Shown: positions 1 through 10,500, numbered from the stretch's first letter. The stretch: 64,000 bases of DNA from an uncultured archaeon (GCA_964354805.1 CAYHBD010000010.1:8420-72419), one strand, 5' to 3'. The notes: generated from the letters alone by a model not told the origin. A program made the numbers and translations.

Positions 1-1071
1 TCGCGTTACCTGCATTTCCTCAATCTGCTGCAGTAGCTGCGCAGGCTTGCCCTTGCTGAAATATTTCCTCACAGGCAGCAGCAATTCATTCAGGTAAAAG
101 GCTGTTGCCTTCTTCAAATCAAGCGGATGCAGCTCGCCTCTTGCAAACGCATCCTGCAATTGCTGGAAAGAAGCGAATTCAACATCTCCGCCGAATTTGC
201 TTTCCCTCTCAATTTTCATTTTCTTGTTTCGTTCAAAAACAATATATTTGCAGTACTCAAGCACTGGGTTTTGCTCAACCTGCTTTTCAGGGCAATACGC
301 CTTGTTTATTTTCCTCTGCACTTCCTGCTCTGAATCAGTCATAAAGATTGCCGAATCGGGAATGCTCTTGCTCATCTTCATTGCAATCTCATGCTCAACA
401 CCTGCACCCTCGCCTGCGCTTGGCATCTGCAATCCCATTAGCATGTGGTGGTGAACAGCAACAGGCTTCCAAAATCCTATCTTTTCTCCAATTTCGCGAG
501 CAAGCATGTTCACCTTTCTCTGGTCCATTCCAAGCTGGGCAATGTCAACCTGCAAATGGAAAATGTCAGCTGCCTGCATGCAGGGATAGAGAATCTGCGC
601 AGCGCTCAATGCATCTGATTCCTTCCTTCCCATTATCTGGCTGCATCTCACAATGCGATTCACAGTGCTGTTTGTTGCAACAGCCATTACCTTCTTCCAG
701 TATTCAGTGTCCTTCACTGCCTCTGAAGCCCAGACAAATTCGACTTTTTTAACGCTCAAGCCGCACGCCTTCCACACCTCAATCAGGTATTTTCCCGCTG
801 TCTGGATATTGCCCAAGTCAGCGCCAAGCTTTTTGTTCGCCCAGGCATGCCAGTCAGCAACCCACATCTTGAATCTGCAGCCAGCAGCAAGCATTTTCTC
901 AATATTGATTGCCCGCAGCAAGCCCTGCGCAATGTGCACCTGCCCGCTTGGCTCAAAGCCATCGTATGCAATCGGGTGCTTTTTTTGCTCGAGCAGCAGC
1001 TGCAAATCTGCAAGCGTAATTATTTCCTCGCCGACCTCGCTTATCAAAGCAAGCCTTTTTTGCGCATCCAT
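1..1071 (-). CDS. tyrS: Tyrosine--tRNA ligase, archaeal type (stop codon outside window)
   Basis: Manual translation (not in ORF track): MDAQKRLALISEVGEEII..AYDGFEPSGQVHIAQG (HIGH-like)..ILYPCMQAADIF..GMDQRKVNMLARE..KMSKS..LHPLDLK; frame open to position 1. Confidence 0.95.
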   Translation of the reverse strand, partial: MDAQKRLALISEVGEEIITLADLQLLLEQKKHPIAYDGFEPSGQVHIAQGLLRAINIEKMLAAGCRFKMWVADWHAWANKKLGADLGNIQTAGKYLIEVWKACGLSVKKVEFVWASEAVKDTEYWKKVMAVATNSTVNRIVRCSQIMGRKESDALSAAQILYPCMQAADIFHLQVDIAQLGMDQRKVNMLAREIGEKIGFWKPVAVHHHMLMGLQMPSAGEGAGVEHEIAMKMSKSIPDSAIFMTDSEQEVQRKINKAYCPEKQVEQNPVLEYCKYIVFERNKKMKIERESKFGGDVEFASFQQLQDAFARGELHPLDLKKATAFYLNELLLPVRKYFSKGKPAQLLQQIEEMQVTR

Positions 1072-1131
1072 GCCAAAAACCATTAAATATTAAATGAAAT
1101 GTTTATTTAAATTTGTGGCGACTGCAATATT

Positions 1132-2049
1132 TTATTTAAAACCGGTTTTCCGCTTAATTGCTGCCCTGATTTTGGCAATTGCTTTTTTTTCATAGTAAGA
1201 TACAGTTGTTGTTGAGGATGCCCCGAATTTCATTACAATTTCTTGGAGCATTTTGCCTTCGAGACGCCATTTTACAACCTGTTTTTCCTTTTCACTTAAG
1301 CCAGCTTTATCTGCAATCTTGAGTATCTGCTTTTTAATGTCTTCAAATCCAAGCTCTGCGGTTCTTTTAATAATTCCTTTTTCACCAAGCCTTCTTAAAA
1401 AATGCCTTGCAGATTCCGGAATTGTATCAACTGTAAAATAAGCGTCACTCTCTAATGGCTTTGTCATCCTTACGCCAGCACCCTCATAAATAATAGGCAT
1501 TTCTTTGCTTCTTGCCATTGCCACCCTAATTGCGTTTCGGCAAAATAAGTCGGCTCCATTTGTCATCCAGCTGAACACAGTCATTCCCCTGCCCTTAGCC
1601 CCTTTTCTGTTTGGGTCATAATAATCAAGGTTTTCCAAAACATTTGCAATCACGCTGTTTCGAAAGTCGCCAAATGTGCCAAGTTCTCTTTTTGTTGTAT
1701 CTGAGGCTTTCCTCCACCACTTGCCGACTACCATTGAAAGACCTTTTTTATGTTCTTCAAGAAGGCTTGCTTTCTGCTTTGCTTTAAACAAATTCAAGCG
1801 CTGCCTTCTTCTGCGCTGCATTGCTGAAATCTGCTCTTTTCTGATCCGCATCACTTCACTCGGGGGTCTGACGCCATAGCGCTGGTTAATCCGATTTATG
1901 GTCGTTTGACTGCGATTGAATCGCCTTCCAATTTCGCTTATTGACAAAGCTGGATCCAGCAATGCTTTCAGAATCGCAGGCAATTGTCGCCTTGTTTCTT
2001 TTGCTCGCACTGCCCAAGACTTATTTTGCCTAAGCGGTTTTTTTGCCAA
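1132..2049 (-). CDS. Sigma70-like protein (N-terminal HTH + region 2 + region 4)
   Basis: TTG start after AGGAGG; LENLDYYDPNRKG..TVFSWM resembles region 2.3 (FDPERG..FSTYA); LSEKEKQVVKWRLEGKMLQEIV..YEKKAIAKIR resembles region 4 HTH. Confidence 0.7.
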   Translation of the reverse strand: MAKKPLRQNKSWAVRAKETRRQLPAILKALLDPALSISEIGRRFNRSQTTINRINQRYGVRPPSEVMRIRKEQISAMQRRRRQRLNLFKAKQKASLLEEHKKGLSMVVGKWWRKASDTTKRELGTFGDFRNSVIANVLENLDYYDPNRKGAKGRGMTVFSWMTNGADLFCRNAIRVAMARSKEMPIIYEGAGVRMTKPLESDAYFTVDTIPESARHFLRRLGEKGIIKRTAELGFEDIKKQILKIADKAGLSEKEKQVVKWRLEGKMLQEIVMKFGASSTTTVSYYEKKAIAKIRAAIKRKTGFK

Positions 2050-2102
2050 AATAAATCCTCCTGTAAGTATTATAAAACTTGAACTATTTATTAATTCTGC
2101 AT

Positions 2103-2516
2103 ATGCGCACCGTAATGGCTTTTGGGACTTTTGATTTGCTGCACAAAGGGCATCGGCATTACCTGCTGGAGGCGAAAGCGCTTGGTGACGAGCTTGTTGT
2201 GGTTGTTGCAAGGGACGAAAACGTGCTGAAAATAAAGGGCAAAAAGCCGCTCAACAGCGAGCAGCAGAGGCTGAAAGCTGTTGAGGGAACAGGGATTGCT
2301 GACCAAGTTGTTTTGGGAGACAGGGAAATGAGAAGCTGGGAAATTGTGCAGCGCTTTCACCCAACAATTATTGCATTGGGCTATGACCAGTGGCCTGCAA
2401 TAGAATCGCTTAGAAAGGAACTGAATGCAATTGGATTAAGCCCGCTGATTGAAAGAATAAGCGCTTTTGAGCCGCACCGCTACAAGAGCAGCAAGATGCG
2501 GAACTCAAAGAACTGA
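2103..2516 (+). CDS. ribL: FAD synthase / cytidylyltransferase family
   Basis: FGTFDLLHKGH (HxGH), LVVVVARD, IALGYDQ, YKSSK. Confidence 0.85.
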   Translation: MRTVMAFGTFDLLHKGHRHYLLEAKALGDELVVVVARDENVLKIKGKKPLNSEQQRLKAVEGTGIADQVVLGDREMRSWEIVQRFHPTIIALGYDQWPAIESLRKELNAIGLSPLIERISAFEPHRYKSSKMRNSKN

Positions 2517-2558
2517 ATTTAATGCAAAGCCAGGCGGCAAAATGCGCAAAGTAAGGTG

Positions 2559-2789
2559 CTATTTCTTTTTCTTTAAAAAAAGCCTGCCCAAAATGCCGAT
2601 TGCAACGAAGTAAATTGAAACCCCGATAACGCACCAGAAGAGCGTGTAATACATTTTGTTCCAGACAAGGAGCTTGGAAGAATTGAAAGTGAGCAAAGCC
2701 ATTACAATAGCCAGGGCAAAGCATATTCCAAGCATCAGGCTGCCAAGCATGACAAATCTGCGCAGTGTTTTTTCCCTAAGCGGTTTCAT
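2559..2789 (-). CDS. Small two-TM membrane protein
   Basis: Two hydrophobic segments and a basic C-terminus; fills the gap between genes. Confidence 0.6.
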   Translation of the reverse strand: MKPLREKTLRRFVMLGSLMLGICFALAIVMALLTFNSSKLLVWNKMYYTLFWCVIGVSIYFVAIGILGRLFLKKKK

Positions 2790-2933
2790 CGCTATTAGTA
2801 AGGAAAACGTGCTATAAAAACTTTTTTGTTGCCCTCAAAAAAGCCATAAGCGGTTAGCAGTTACTACCACCCCCCTTGTAACTCATTTTTGTTAAGCAAA
2901 ACATTTTTAAGTAATGCACGGCATAATTTTGGT

Positions 2934-3473
2934 ATGAACAGGACAAGGCTGCTTGTTTTTTCCGGTATGCTGGCTGCTTTGAGCCTTTTGCTGCAGTTCT
3001 ACCACCTTTTCTACAAGTTTGTTTTCATTGACATTGACATTGTTGGCCTGCCATGGATGATTGCGTCAATGCTGTTCGGCTTGGAGGCAGGCTTGATTGT
3101 TTCAGGCATTTCTGCAATAGGGATTGCTTTCATTGCCGAAACGCAGTGGGTCGGGGCTGCAATGAAGTTTTTTGCGACAATTGTGGCTGTTGTTATCATC
3201 GGCGCAGTAAGGTCAAGGTTTGGGTTCAACAAAAAACTTTTGTTCGCAGGTTTCCTGGCATCAATGGTTTTGAGGCCTGTTCTGATGGTTTTTTTCAACT
3301 ACTATTTTGCCATACCTGTTTTTTTCAAAGTGCCGACAGAGGCTGCATTGAAGCAATTTCCTGTTGAAATAGTTCTGGTTGCAAACGCTATTCTCATGGC
3401 AATAGAGTTTGCGTTAGCCTACTTTATTGTTTTCAAAACAAGGCTTAGGGCGCAGTTGAATGTTCAGGGCTGA
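2934..3473 (+). CDS. ECF transporter S component
   Basis: Multi-TM protein with GMLAALSLLL-type N-terminal helix; coupled to ATPase and T-component genes. Confidence 0.8.
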   Translation: MNRTRLLVFSGMLAALSLLLQFYHLFYKFVFIDIDIVGLPWMIASMLFGLEAGLIVSGISAIGIAFIAETQWVGAAMKFFATIVAVVIIGAVRSRFGFNKKLLFAGFLASMVLRPVLMVFFNYYFAIPVFFKVPTEAALKQFPVEIVLVANAILMAIEFALAYFIVFKTRLRAQLNVQG

Positions 3474-4635
3474 AAATATTGGGATTTCTTTCGGCAAAAA
3501 GCAGGTAATCGGCGGCTTCAATATTCGCTTTGCTGAAGGGCAAAGATTGGCAGTAATAGGCAGGAATGGCAGCGGCAAAACAACGCTTGCCTTGTACTTA
3601 AGCAGCGTGATACCAGAATTCATTGAGGCAAATGTTTGGGGAAAGTGCAATTTCAGGGAAAAAACAGGCCTGCTGATGCAGAACCCTTCAGCGCAGTTCT
3701 TTTCGCTTTCGGTAAAAGAGGAACTGGCTGGCTTGAACATTGATTGTAAACGCTTTGGCATTTCGCACTTGGTTGAAAAAACTGTTTTTGAATTAAGCGA
3801 GGGTGAAAAGCAAAAAGTGAACCTTGCAGTCAACCTTTCGGCCGGCTTTCCAATCCTTGCATTGGATGAACCGCTTGAATTGCTTGATCCCCTTGAATGC
3901 AACAGGTTCATGAAAATAATAGAAAAAGAAAAAGATGCTGCCCTGCTTTGGTTTGACAAGGATGAAAGATTTGCAAATAAATTTCAAAAGGTTTTTTTGC
4001 AGCAGCCGGTTAAGCCTGGTTTGCCTGAAAAGAAGGAAAACAAAACAGGCAAAATTGCATTGAGGGCTGATTTTTCCTTTGAAAGGAACGGCTTTTCTCT
4101 TAATGTAAAAGATTTCAGGCTAATGCAGGGTGAAAAGATTGCGTTAATCGGATTGAATGGCTCTGGAAAAACAACATTGCTCAAGCTGCTTGCTGGGATT
4201 GAAAAAGGAAAAGGTGCTGTTGAAACGCATGAGCCAATCAGCTTTGTTCCGCAGGTGCCTAGCCATGTTTTCTTCAATGAAACATTGCAAAGCGAGCTAT
4301 TGAACAGGCAAAACGCAGAATCCCTTGGCATAACAGGCCTGCTGCAGCAGGCGCCCAACACTTTGAGCAAGGGGCAGCAGAAGCTGGCGAGCATTGCAAC
4401 AATTAGGAAAAGCGGGATTGCTTTCCTCGATGAGCCCACAACATGGCTTGATTGTTTCAGCAAAGCAAGGGTCTACAATTTTATTAACGAAAGCAGGCAG
4501 CCGATGGTAATTGCAACGCACGACAGGGAATTGCTGCGCTACTGTGACAGGGTTTTTTTGGTTGAAAAGGGGGTGTTGAGGCAATGTTCCAATACAGCGG
4601 TAAATCGCTTTTTTCAAAGCAGCCTGAGTGGCTGA
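3460..4635 (+). CDS. ECF transporter ATPase with two fused ABC domains
   Basis: Two Walker A (GRNGSGKT, GLNGSGKT), LSEGEKQ/LSKGQQK signatures, LDEP twice. Confidence 0.88.
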   Translation: MFRAENIGISFGKKQVIGGFNIRFAEGQRLAVIGRNGSGKTTLALYLSSVIPEFIEANVWGKCNFREKTGLLMQNPSAQFFSLSVKEELAGLNIDCKRFGISHLVEKTVFELSEGEKQKVNLAVNLSAGFPILALDEPLELLDPLECNRFMKIIEKEKDAALLWFDKDERFANKFQKVFLQQPVKPGLPEKKENKTGKIALRADFSFERNGFSLNVKDFRLMQGEKIALIGLNGSGKTTLLKLLAGIEKGKGAVETHEPISFVPQVPSHVFFNETLQSELLNRQNAESLGITGLLQQAPNTLSKGQQKLASIATIRKSGIAFLDEPTTWLDCFSKARVYNFINESRQPMVIATHDRELLRYCDRVFLVEKGVLRQCSNTAVNRFFQSSLSG

Positions 4636-5186
4636 AGCTCGGGATTTTTGCAGCAATTACTGTTCTCGCATTTTTGTTCACTGAGATTTGGCAGCAGGCT
4701 TTTCTTTTCCTTTTCAGCCTAATGGTGCTGCTGCTCAGCAGATACAAAGAGGTGCACAAATTATTCTTTGGCATGCTTCCGTTCCTGCTGCTTGTTGATT
4801 TTTCGTTTTACTTCTTCTTTTGGAACACAACTCTTGACCTGAACAAATTGGTAATAGCCTCAAACCTGAGGATTCTGTCGATTTTGTTTGCGGCAACATT
4901 CTTTGTTTTCTCTACAGACTTGTACAAGGCAGCCAAGTTTATGGAAAAAAAGCATTTTCCGGAAAGCATTTATTTGCCGTTCTATGTAATGTTGCGTTTT
5001 CTGCCTGAACTGGAAAGAGACCTGGTTGAAATAAGAAGCATCCAGAAAACAAGGGGCATTACTGCAAAAAAACCATTCAAATACCTGAAATCAATTCTTC
5101 TGCCCCTGCTTTTCACAATGTTCGAAAAAGCAGAAGACATCTCAATCGCCTACTACCTGCGGAAAAAAAGGGAAAAAGCTATTTAG
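4584..5186 (+). CDS. ecfT: ECF transporter T component
   Basis: TM helices plus LRFLPEL..IQKTRG motif. Confidence 0.85.
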   Translation: MFQYSGKSLFSKQPEWLKLGIFAAITVLAFLFTEIWQQAFLFLFSLMVLLLSRYKEVHKLFFGMLPFLLLVDFSFYFFFWNTTLDLNKLVIASNLRILSILFAATFFVFSTDLYKAAKFMEKKHFPESIYLPFYVMLRFLPELERDLVEIRSIQKTRGITAKKPFKYLKSILLPLLFTMFEKAEDISIAYYLRKKREKAI

Positions 5187-5226
5187 CTGACCATTGCCTG
5201 TTCAATGCCGGAAGGAAAAAATCCGT

Positions 5227-6489
5227 TTAGCGCATTATTGTCTCTGTTCTGCCAGGCCCGATTGAAACAATCTTTATTGGAACGCCGATTTCCTTTTCAA
5301 TGAACTGAACATACTGCCTTGCTGCAGGAGGCAGTTGCTGGAACTTCTTTTCTGTTCCCTTAATATTGAATCCCTTGAATTTTTTGAAAATAGGCTTGCA
5401 CTGCCCGATCTGCTGCAAATCAGTCGGGCACTGCTGCATGCTTTTCTCTTCACACTTGTATGCAACGCAAACATTTATTTCCTGCAATCCGCTGAGCACA
5501 TCCAGCTTTGTTAAAGCAATCTCCGTAAAGCCGTTCAACCTTTGGGCTGTTTTCAGCAAAACCAAATCAAGCCAGCCAACCCTCCTCGGCCTTCCTGTTG
5601 TTGTCCCAAATTCAGCGCCAACCTCCCTGATTTTGTCGCCAAGCTCGTCCAGCAACTCTGTTACAAAAGGGCCACTGCCAACTCTTGTGGTATAAGCCTT
5701 TGCAACTCCAATCACGCGCTGGATTGACTGCAATCCCAGCCCAACTCCAGTGAAAATGGCTCCGGCAGTCGGGTGGCTGCTTGTGACAAAAGGATAAGTT
5801 CCAAAATCAATATCCAAAAAAGTGCCTTGTGCGCCCTCAAACAAAACGGTTTTCTTTTGCTTTAATGCTTCGGTTACTGCAACTGAAACATCAGCCAAAT
5901 GCTCTTTCAATTTTTGCCCGAATGCATTATATTCTGAAAAAATCTGTTCTTTTGACAATTGCATTTCGCTGTTGTAAACAGCGTGCAGCATTTTTTCCTT
6001 CACTGGAAAAACAGAATCCAATCGCTCTTTTAATCTTCCTTCATCAACCAGTTCGCAGAACCGAATCCCTGTTCTGTCTGCCCTGTCAGCATAGCATGGG
6101 CCAATGCCCCTGCCTGTTGTGCCGATTTTCTCTTTTCCTTTTGCCTGCTCTGCTGTTGCATCAAACATTTTGTGCCAGGGCATCACAATCTGGGTTCTCG
6201 GGTCAATAAAAAGTGTGTACTTGCATTTTCCCTCTAATTCCTGCATTTCCTCCAGCAGCACAGCTGGGTCAAGGGCAACCCCTGCTGCAATGCAGCATTT
6301 CTTTCCCTGGATTGCGCCGCTCGGCATCAGGTGGAATTTGAATTTCTCGCCTTTCACAACAACAGTGTGCCCTGCATTGTTTCCGCCGTTAAAGCGGACA
6401 ACAAAATCCGCTTTGCCAGCAAGCAAATCAACTATTTTGCCCTTTCCTTCATCACCAAACTGCGCACCAATAACAACGCTAGCAGGCAT
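5227..6489 (-). CDS. purA: Adenylosuccinate synthetase
   Basis: GAQFGDEGKGK, GGNNAGHT, IGTTGRGIGP, EGAQG, EFGTTTGRPRRVGWLD. Confidence 0.97.
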   Translation of the reverse strand: MPASVVIGAQFGDEGKGKIVDLLAGKADFVVRFNGGNNAGHTVVVKGEKFKFHLMPSGAIQGKKCCIAAGVALDPAVLLEEMQELEGKCKYTLFIDPRTQIVMPWHKMFDATAEQAKGKEKIGTTGRGIGPCYADRADRTGIRFCELVDEGRLKERLDSVFPVKEKMLHAVYNSEMQLSKEQIFSEYNAFGQKLKEHLADVSVAVTEALKQKKTVLFEGAQGTFLDIDFGTYPFVTSSHPTAGAIFTGVGLGLQSIQRVIGVAKAYTTRVGSGPFVTELLDELGDKIREVGAEFGTTTGRPRRVGWLDLVLLKTAQRLNGFTEIALTKLDVLSGLQEINVCVAYKCEEKSMQQCPTDLQQIGQCKPIFKKFKGFNIKGTEKKFQQLPPAARQYVQFIEKEIGVPIKIVSIGPGRTETIMR

Positions 6490-6554
6490 TTGAAAACTCA
6501 CCAATAGAAAGCGAACACAGAAAGGGTTTTTAAATAAATGCAGCGAAAACGAAA

Positions 6555-7982
6555 TTAGGCCTGTTTCTCTTTTTGTTTTCCTTCTTTCAGTCTTTCTTTG
6601 GATTTTGTTATTTGGCTTGTAATGCCTTCCAGCCATTTTTGTTTGCTTTGCTCAAACTCTTTTTTTGCCTTGTCCACATCTTCTTTGGTTTGCGCGCTGA
6701 GCAGCTTTGTGGCAGCTTGTTTTTGTTTTTCTTCCAGTTCTTTCAGGTCAATCTTTTCAAACATTTCATCGGTTTTCTCAACAGCAGGCTTTTTTGCTAC
6801 AAAAACGCCAACCGTTGTGCCGATGTTTGAGAATAAAATTATTAGGAAAACTATCTGGACAAGAGCTGTCTGCTCTGCTATTGCCGCGCCCATTATTGCA
6901 GGATATGTTGCAAGGATTGCTGCTGCAAGGCCCCTGGCCATCAAATTCTGCAGAATGGCCTTGTCTTCGCGCAGCTCTTTTTTTATTTTCACAAAAAGCC
7001 ATGCTGCAACAGCCCTTGCAACTATGATGAGAAACATTAATGCAAGGGCGATTGCAACCAGTTCAATTGTTACGCTGCTTAATTCAAAGATTATTCCAAT
7101 GTAAATGAAGAAGAATGTCCTGATGAAGAAGCTTATTTCTTTTTGGAAAAGGGTTATGTCAGTGTCAAGCTGGCATTGCCGCATTTTCAGGAAGGAAGTG
7201 ATTTCTTTTGCGTTTCCAAGTACCAGCCCAAAAACAAGGGCTGCAATTGCCCCGTTTGCATGGGCGTATTCCGTTAAAAAATACAGGAAAAAGAGCACTG
7301 CGATTGTGAGAATGTACTGGTGCTCTTTTACTGCCCTTAAATCGCGAAGCAGCACAAGCCAGTATATTGCAAAAACAAAGCCAAGGACAGCCGCAATCGA
7401 GAATGCCCCGAGCAGGCTTTCAACCACCTGCCTTAATTCAAGTGTTTGCATCAAAAATATTTCAATCAATGCGATTGTTGCAATAATGCACAATGCGTCA
7501 GTTAAGGCGCTTTCAAGCGCTAGAACAATCCTTGTTTCCTCTTTCACCTGCAGGCTGTTCACCAAAGGAATTATTATTGCGCTGCATGTTCCGGAAATTA
7601 TTACCCCAAGCATTAGGGCGACAAGCATGTTCCACCCAAGCAAAAACATCATTGAGGCAGTGAACAAAACAGTCAGGGCAAAGCAAAATATTGCAAATCC
7701 AAAGGCAGGGCTAACCTCTTTTATTACCTTGTAAAAATTCAGCTTCAGGCCGCCCTCAAACAACAGCATTATCAAAGTCAGGGCAGCAAAAAACGGGACA
7801 ATTGTCTTAAAGAAACCTATTGTCGGAACATCGATAAAATTAAACAAGGGCCCTATTGCCAGGCCAACCAGCATTAGCAAAACAGTGTCTGAAATTTTTG
7901 TTTTCTTGAACAAAATCTGGCCAAAAAAGCCAATGACAATCACGCTTGCAACCAGCAGGAAGCCGCTCAATACATCAACCAT
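6555..7982 (-). CDS. Cation:proton antiporter (CPA family)
   Basis: Many TM helices, LALESALTD, ARGLAAAILA; charged C-terminal tail. Confidence 0.88.
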   Translation of the reverse strand: MVDVLSGFLLVASVIVIGFFGQILFKKTKISDTVLLMLVGLAIGPLFNFIDVPTIGFFKTIVPFFAALTLIMLLFEGGLKLNFYKVIKEVSPAFGFAIFCFALTVLFTASMMFLLGWNMLVALMLGVIISGTCSAIIIPLVNSLQVKEETRIVLALESALTDALCIIATIALIEIFLMQTLELRQVVESLLGAFSIAAVLGFVFAIYWLVLLRDLRAVKEHQYILTIAVLFFLYFLTEYAHANGAIAALVFGLVLGNAKEITSFLKMRQCQLDTDITLFQKEISFFIRTFFFIYIGIIFELSSVTIELVAIALALMFLIIVARAVAAWLFVKIKKELREDKAILQNLMARGLAAAILATYPAIMGAAIAEQTALVQIVFLIILFSNIGTTVGVFVAKKPAVEKTDEMFEKIDLKELEEKQKQAATKLLSAQTKEDVDKAKKEFEQSKQKWLEGITSQITKSKERLKEGKQKEKQA

Positions 7983-8098
7983 AAACAGTAAATTAAAACA
8001 GCAAGGTAGTATTAAAAGCTTGGGGATGGACTCAGAACAGGGCAATGTTTTTTGGCTGCAAAAACAACTTTTTTAAACTGTTTGAAAGCAAATATTGT

Positions 8099-9556
8099 AT
8101 GGTTGGCAAAAATAATAGCCCTGAACTGGCTCTGACTTTTGATGATGTTCTTCTTCTTCCAGGAGCAAGCGATGTTCTGCCCAAGGATGCAAGCCTGCAG
8201 ACAAGGCTGAGCAAAAAAATCAAATTAAATATTCCATTGCTGAGCGCTGCAATGGACACTGTTACTGAAAGCGAGACTGCCATTGCAATAGCAAGGCAGG
8301 GCGGCCTTGGAGTAGTGCACAGAAACATGGGCATTGAGGAACAGGCAACCGAGGTTGAAAAGGTAAAGAGAAGCGAATTCCTGATTATAAACAACCCCAT
8401 ATGCGTCCAGCCAAATGATTCGCTTGAAAAAATCATGCAATTGGTTAAGGCAACAAAGGTGAAAAGCTTTCCGGTAACCGAGGCAGGAAAGGTTGTTGGA
8501 ATAATTACAAGCAGGGACATGCTGTTTGAAACTGATTTAAGGAAAAAAGCAGCAGACATAATGACAAAAGAAGTGATAACAATTGACCATGAGCCGAGCG
8601 TTGACGAGGCAAAGGCATTGCTGCACAAGCACAGGGTTGAAAAGCTGCCAATAGTTGACAAGGAAAAGCGCTTGGTTGGAATGCTTACTGCAACAGACAT
8701 AAGAAAGCAGGAAAAATTCCCTGAAGCATCAAAAGACAAGGCAGGCAGGTTAATGGTTGCAGCAGCTGTTGGCCCAAGCGATGACGAAAGGGTTTCCAAA
8801 TTGCTGGCAGTGGATGTGGACGCAATATTCATTGACACAGCGCACGGGCACAGCAAAATGGTAATAGATGCAGTGAAAAGATTCAAGCGGCTGTTTAAGG
8901 CAGAGGTTATTGCCGGAAATGTTGCAACAGCAGCAGCTGTTCATGACCTTGCTGCTGCCGGAGCAGATGCGATAAAGGTCGGTGTTGGCCCTGGAAGCAT
9001 TTGCACCACTCGCGTTATAACCGGGGTTGGAGTGCCGCAATTCAGCGCAATAATGCACTGCGCTGAGGCAGCGGAAAAATATGATATTCCAATTATTGCT
9101 GACGGCGGAGTGAAATACAGCGGAGACATTACCAAAGCGATTGCTGCTGGGGCAAGCAGTGTAATGATTGGCAGCATCTTTGCAGGCTGCGATGAAACTC
9201 CAGGGAGAACAATTTTCCTGAACAACAGGAAATTCAAGCAATACAGGGGAATGGGTTCGGTTGCAGCAATGCAGAAAGGCAGCAACGAGCGCTATTTGCA
9301 GGGGCATGTGGATGAGAAAAGCAAGCTTGTTCCTGAGGGAGTTGAAGGGATTGTTCCATTCAAGGGAAGCATTGCCGAAACAGTTTTCCAATTGCTTGGC
9401 GGCCTTAGGAGCGGAATGGGAATGGTTGGCGCAAAAAACATTGCCATGCTGAGAACAAAAACAAATTTCATCAGAATAACAGAAGCAAGCCTGCGGGAAT
9501 CGCATCCGCATGATGTCATAATAACAGAGCAGAGCCCGAATTATCCCGGGATGTAA
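8099..9556 (+). CDS. guaB: IMP dehydrogenase
   Basis: [21 protein letters not shown] pair, [21 protein letters not shown]. Confidence 0.97.
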   Translation: MVGKNNSPELALTFDDVLLLPGASDVLPKDASLQTRLSKKIKLNIPLLSAAMDTVTESETAIAIARQGGLGVVHRNMGIEEQATEVEKVKRSEFLIINNPICVQPNDSLEKIMQLVKATKVKSFPVTEAGKVVGIITSRDMLFETDLRKKAADIMTKEVITIDHEPSVDEAKALLHKHRVEKLPIVDKEKRLVGMLTATDIRKQEKFPEASKDKAGRLMVAAAVGPSDDERVSKLLAVDVDAIFIDTAHGHSKMVIDAVKRFKRLFKAEVIAGNVATAAAVHDLAAAGADAIKVGVGPGSICTTRVITGVGVPQFSAIMHCAEAAEKYDIPIIADGGVKYSGDITKAIAAGASSVMIGSIFAGCDETPGRTIFLNNRKFKQYRGMGSVAAMQKGSNERYLQGHVDEKSKLVPEGVEGIVPFKGSIAETVFQLLGGLRSGMGMVGAKNIAMLRTKTNFIRITEASLRESHPHDVIITEQSPNYPGM

Positions 9557-9566
9557 TTCAAATTTT

Positions 9567-10154
9567 CTATTCCAAGCCAATTCTGTCTTTTATTTTTTTA
9601 ATTGCCTCTATAGATAAAGTAAAAAAATCGTCCATAGGCAGTCCAGCCGGTTCTATTTCTTTGACTAGCTCTCTGTTGCAATTTGCCGCAAATTTTTTGT
9701 CATTGAATTTTTTCTTTAATCCTTTTGCGTCCATTTCTGAGATTCTTTTTCCCCTCATTAAGGCATATGCATAAATGATTCCGGTCAATGTTTCGGCAGC
9801 GGTAAGACAATGCTGTATTTTTGAGTTTCTTTTTTTGTCTTTTAACAGGGGAATTTCATCATAACCAATCCCATGAGATTGTACGTTTTCTATGAATGTA
9901 TCATCAAAACCTTTTGCTTTCAGTATTTCTACTGCTTTAATGCAGTGTTCTCTCCAATCATTTCTTGTTAATGCCCAATCAACGTCGTGTAATAAGCCGA
10001 GCATCCCCCAATACTCAATGTTTTCGCCAAATTTTTCAGCTAACGCCCTCATAATCGCTTCTGTTTCTAAATAATGGTTCATATCAGAATTAGCTTGGGG
10101 CATACTTTTCAGTAAAACAATTGCTTCTTCTCTTGTTATCGGCAAACTATTCAT
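9567..10154 (-). CDS. HD-domain hydrolase
   Basis: H..GLLHDVDW..H..SH pattern and LKKKFNDKKFAANCNRE tail; AT-richer than neighbours. Confidence 0.85.
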   Translation of the reverse strand: MNSLPITREEAIVLLKSMPQANSDMNHYLETEAIMRALAEKFGENIEYWGMLGLLHDVDWALTRNDWREHCIKAVEILKAKGFDDTFIENVQSHGIGYDEIPLLKDKKRNSKIQHCLTAAETLTGIIYAYALMRGKRISEMDAKGLKKKFNDKKFAANCNRELVKEIEPAGLPMDDFFTLSIEAIKKIKDRIGLE

Positions 10155-10191
10155 TTTCTCACATTGGTTTATTGACCTATTTAACAGCCAG

Positions 10192-10284
10192 TGCACGGGG
10201 GCGGTTTCAACACGCCACTACGTAGGCGTGGTTGTGCCCGTTCGACCCAACAGGGCTTCTTCGAAGCCCTATGCACGGGGGCGG
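10192..10284. repeat. 13-bp exact direct repeat of the tRNA-Leu 3' end (10192-10204 / 10272-10284) enclosing two hairpins
   Basis: tgcacgggggcgg occurs twice, 80 bp apart; degenerate match continues (tttcaa vs gttcga). Confidence 0.75.
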
Positions 10285-10452
10285 GTTCGAACCGCCGAAC
10301 GCACTAAGCGACAGGATTTCGCAAGCCCTCTCTTTGTTTTCTTTTTCCCAGGGCTTTTCTTGGCGAAGCCCTTTTTCTTTCCCAAGGCTTTCTTTTTTCA
10401 AAAAAGAAAGGCTTCTTGAGTCCTGCGGGTTTGACCGCTTCCCTACCCGTGC
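10272..10452 (-). tRNA. tRNA-Leu(CAA) with 97-nt intron at 37/38 (10318-10414)
   Basis: Acceptor GCACGGG/CCCGTGC+A; CAGGA-CTCAAG|A-TCCTG anticodon arm; long variable arm; GGTTCGAAC T loop; relaxed BHB. Confidence 0.92.
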
Positions 10453-10500
10453 ATTAAGATAATTTTAATAAGAAAAAGGAATATTAAAAGCTTGCCCTTC

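Noticed and set aside
105-1093. Several plus-strand ORFs in the track
   Set aside because: Antisense shadows of tyrS, which the track missed because its stop lies outside the window
10207-10462. Short ORFs over tRNA-Leu (similarly 23377-23583 over tRNA-Ser)
   Set aside because: Explained by the tRNA genes and their introns
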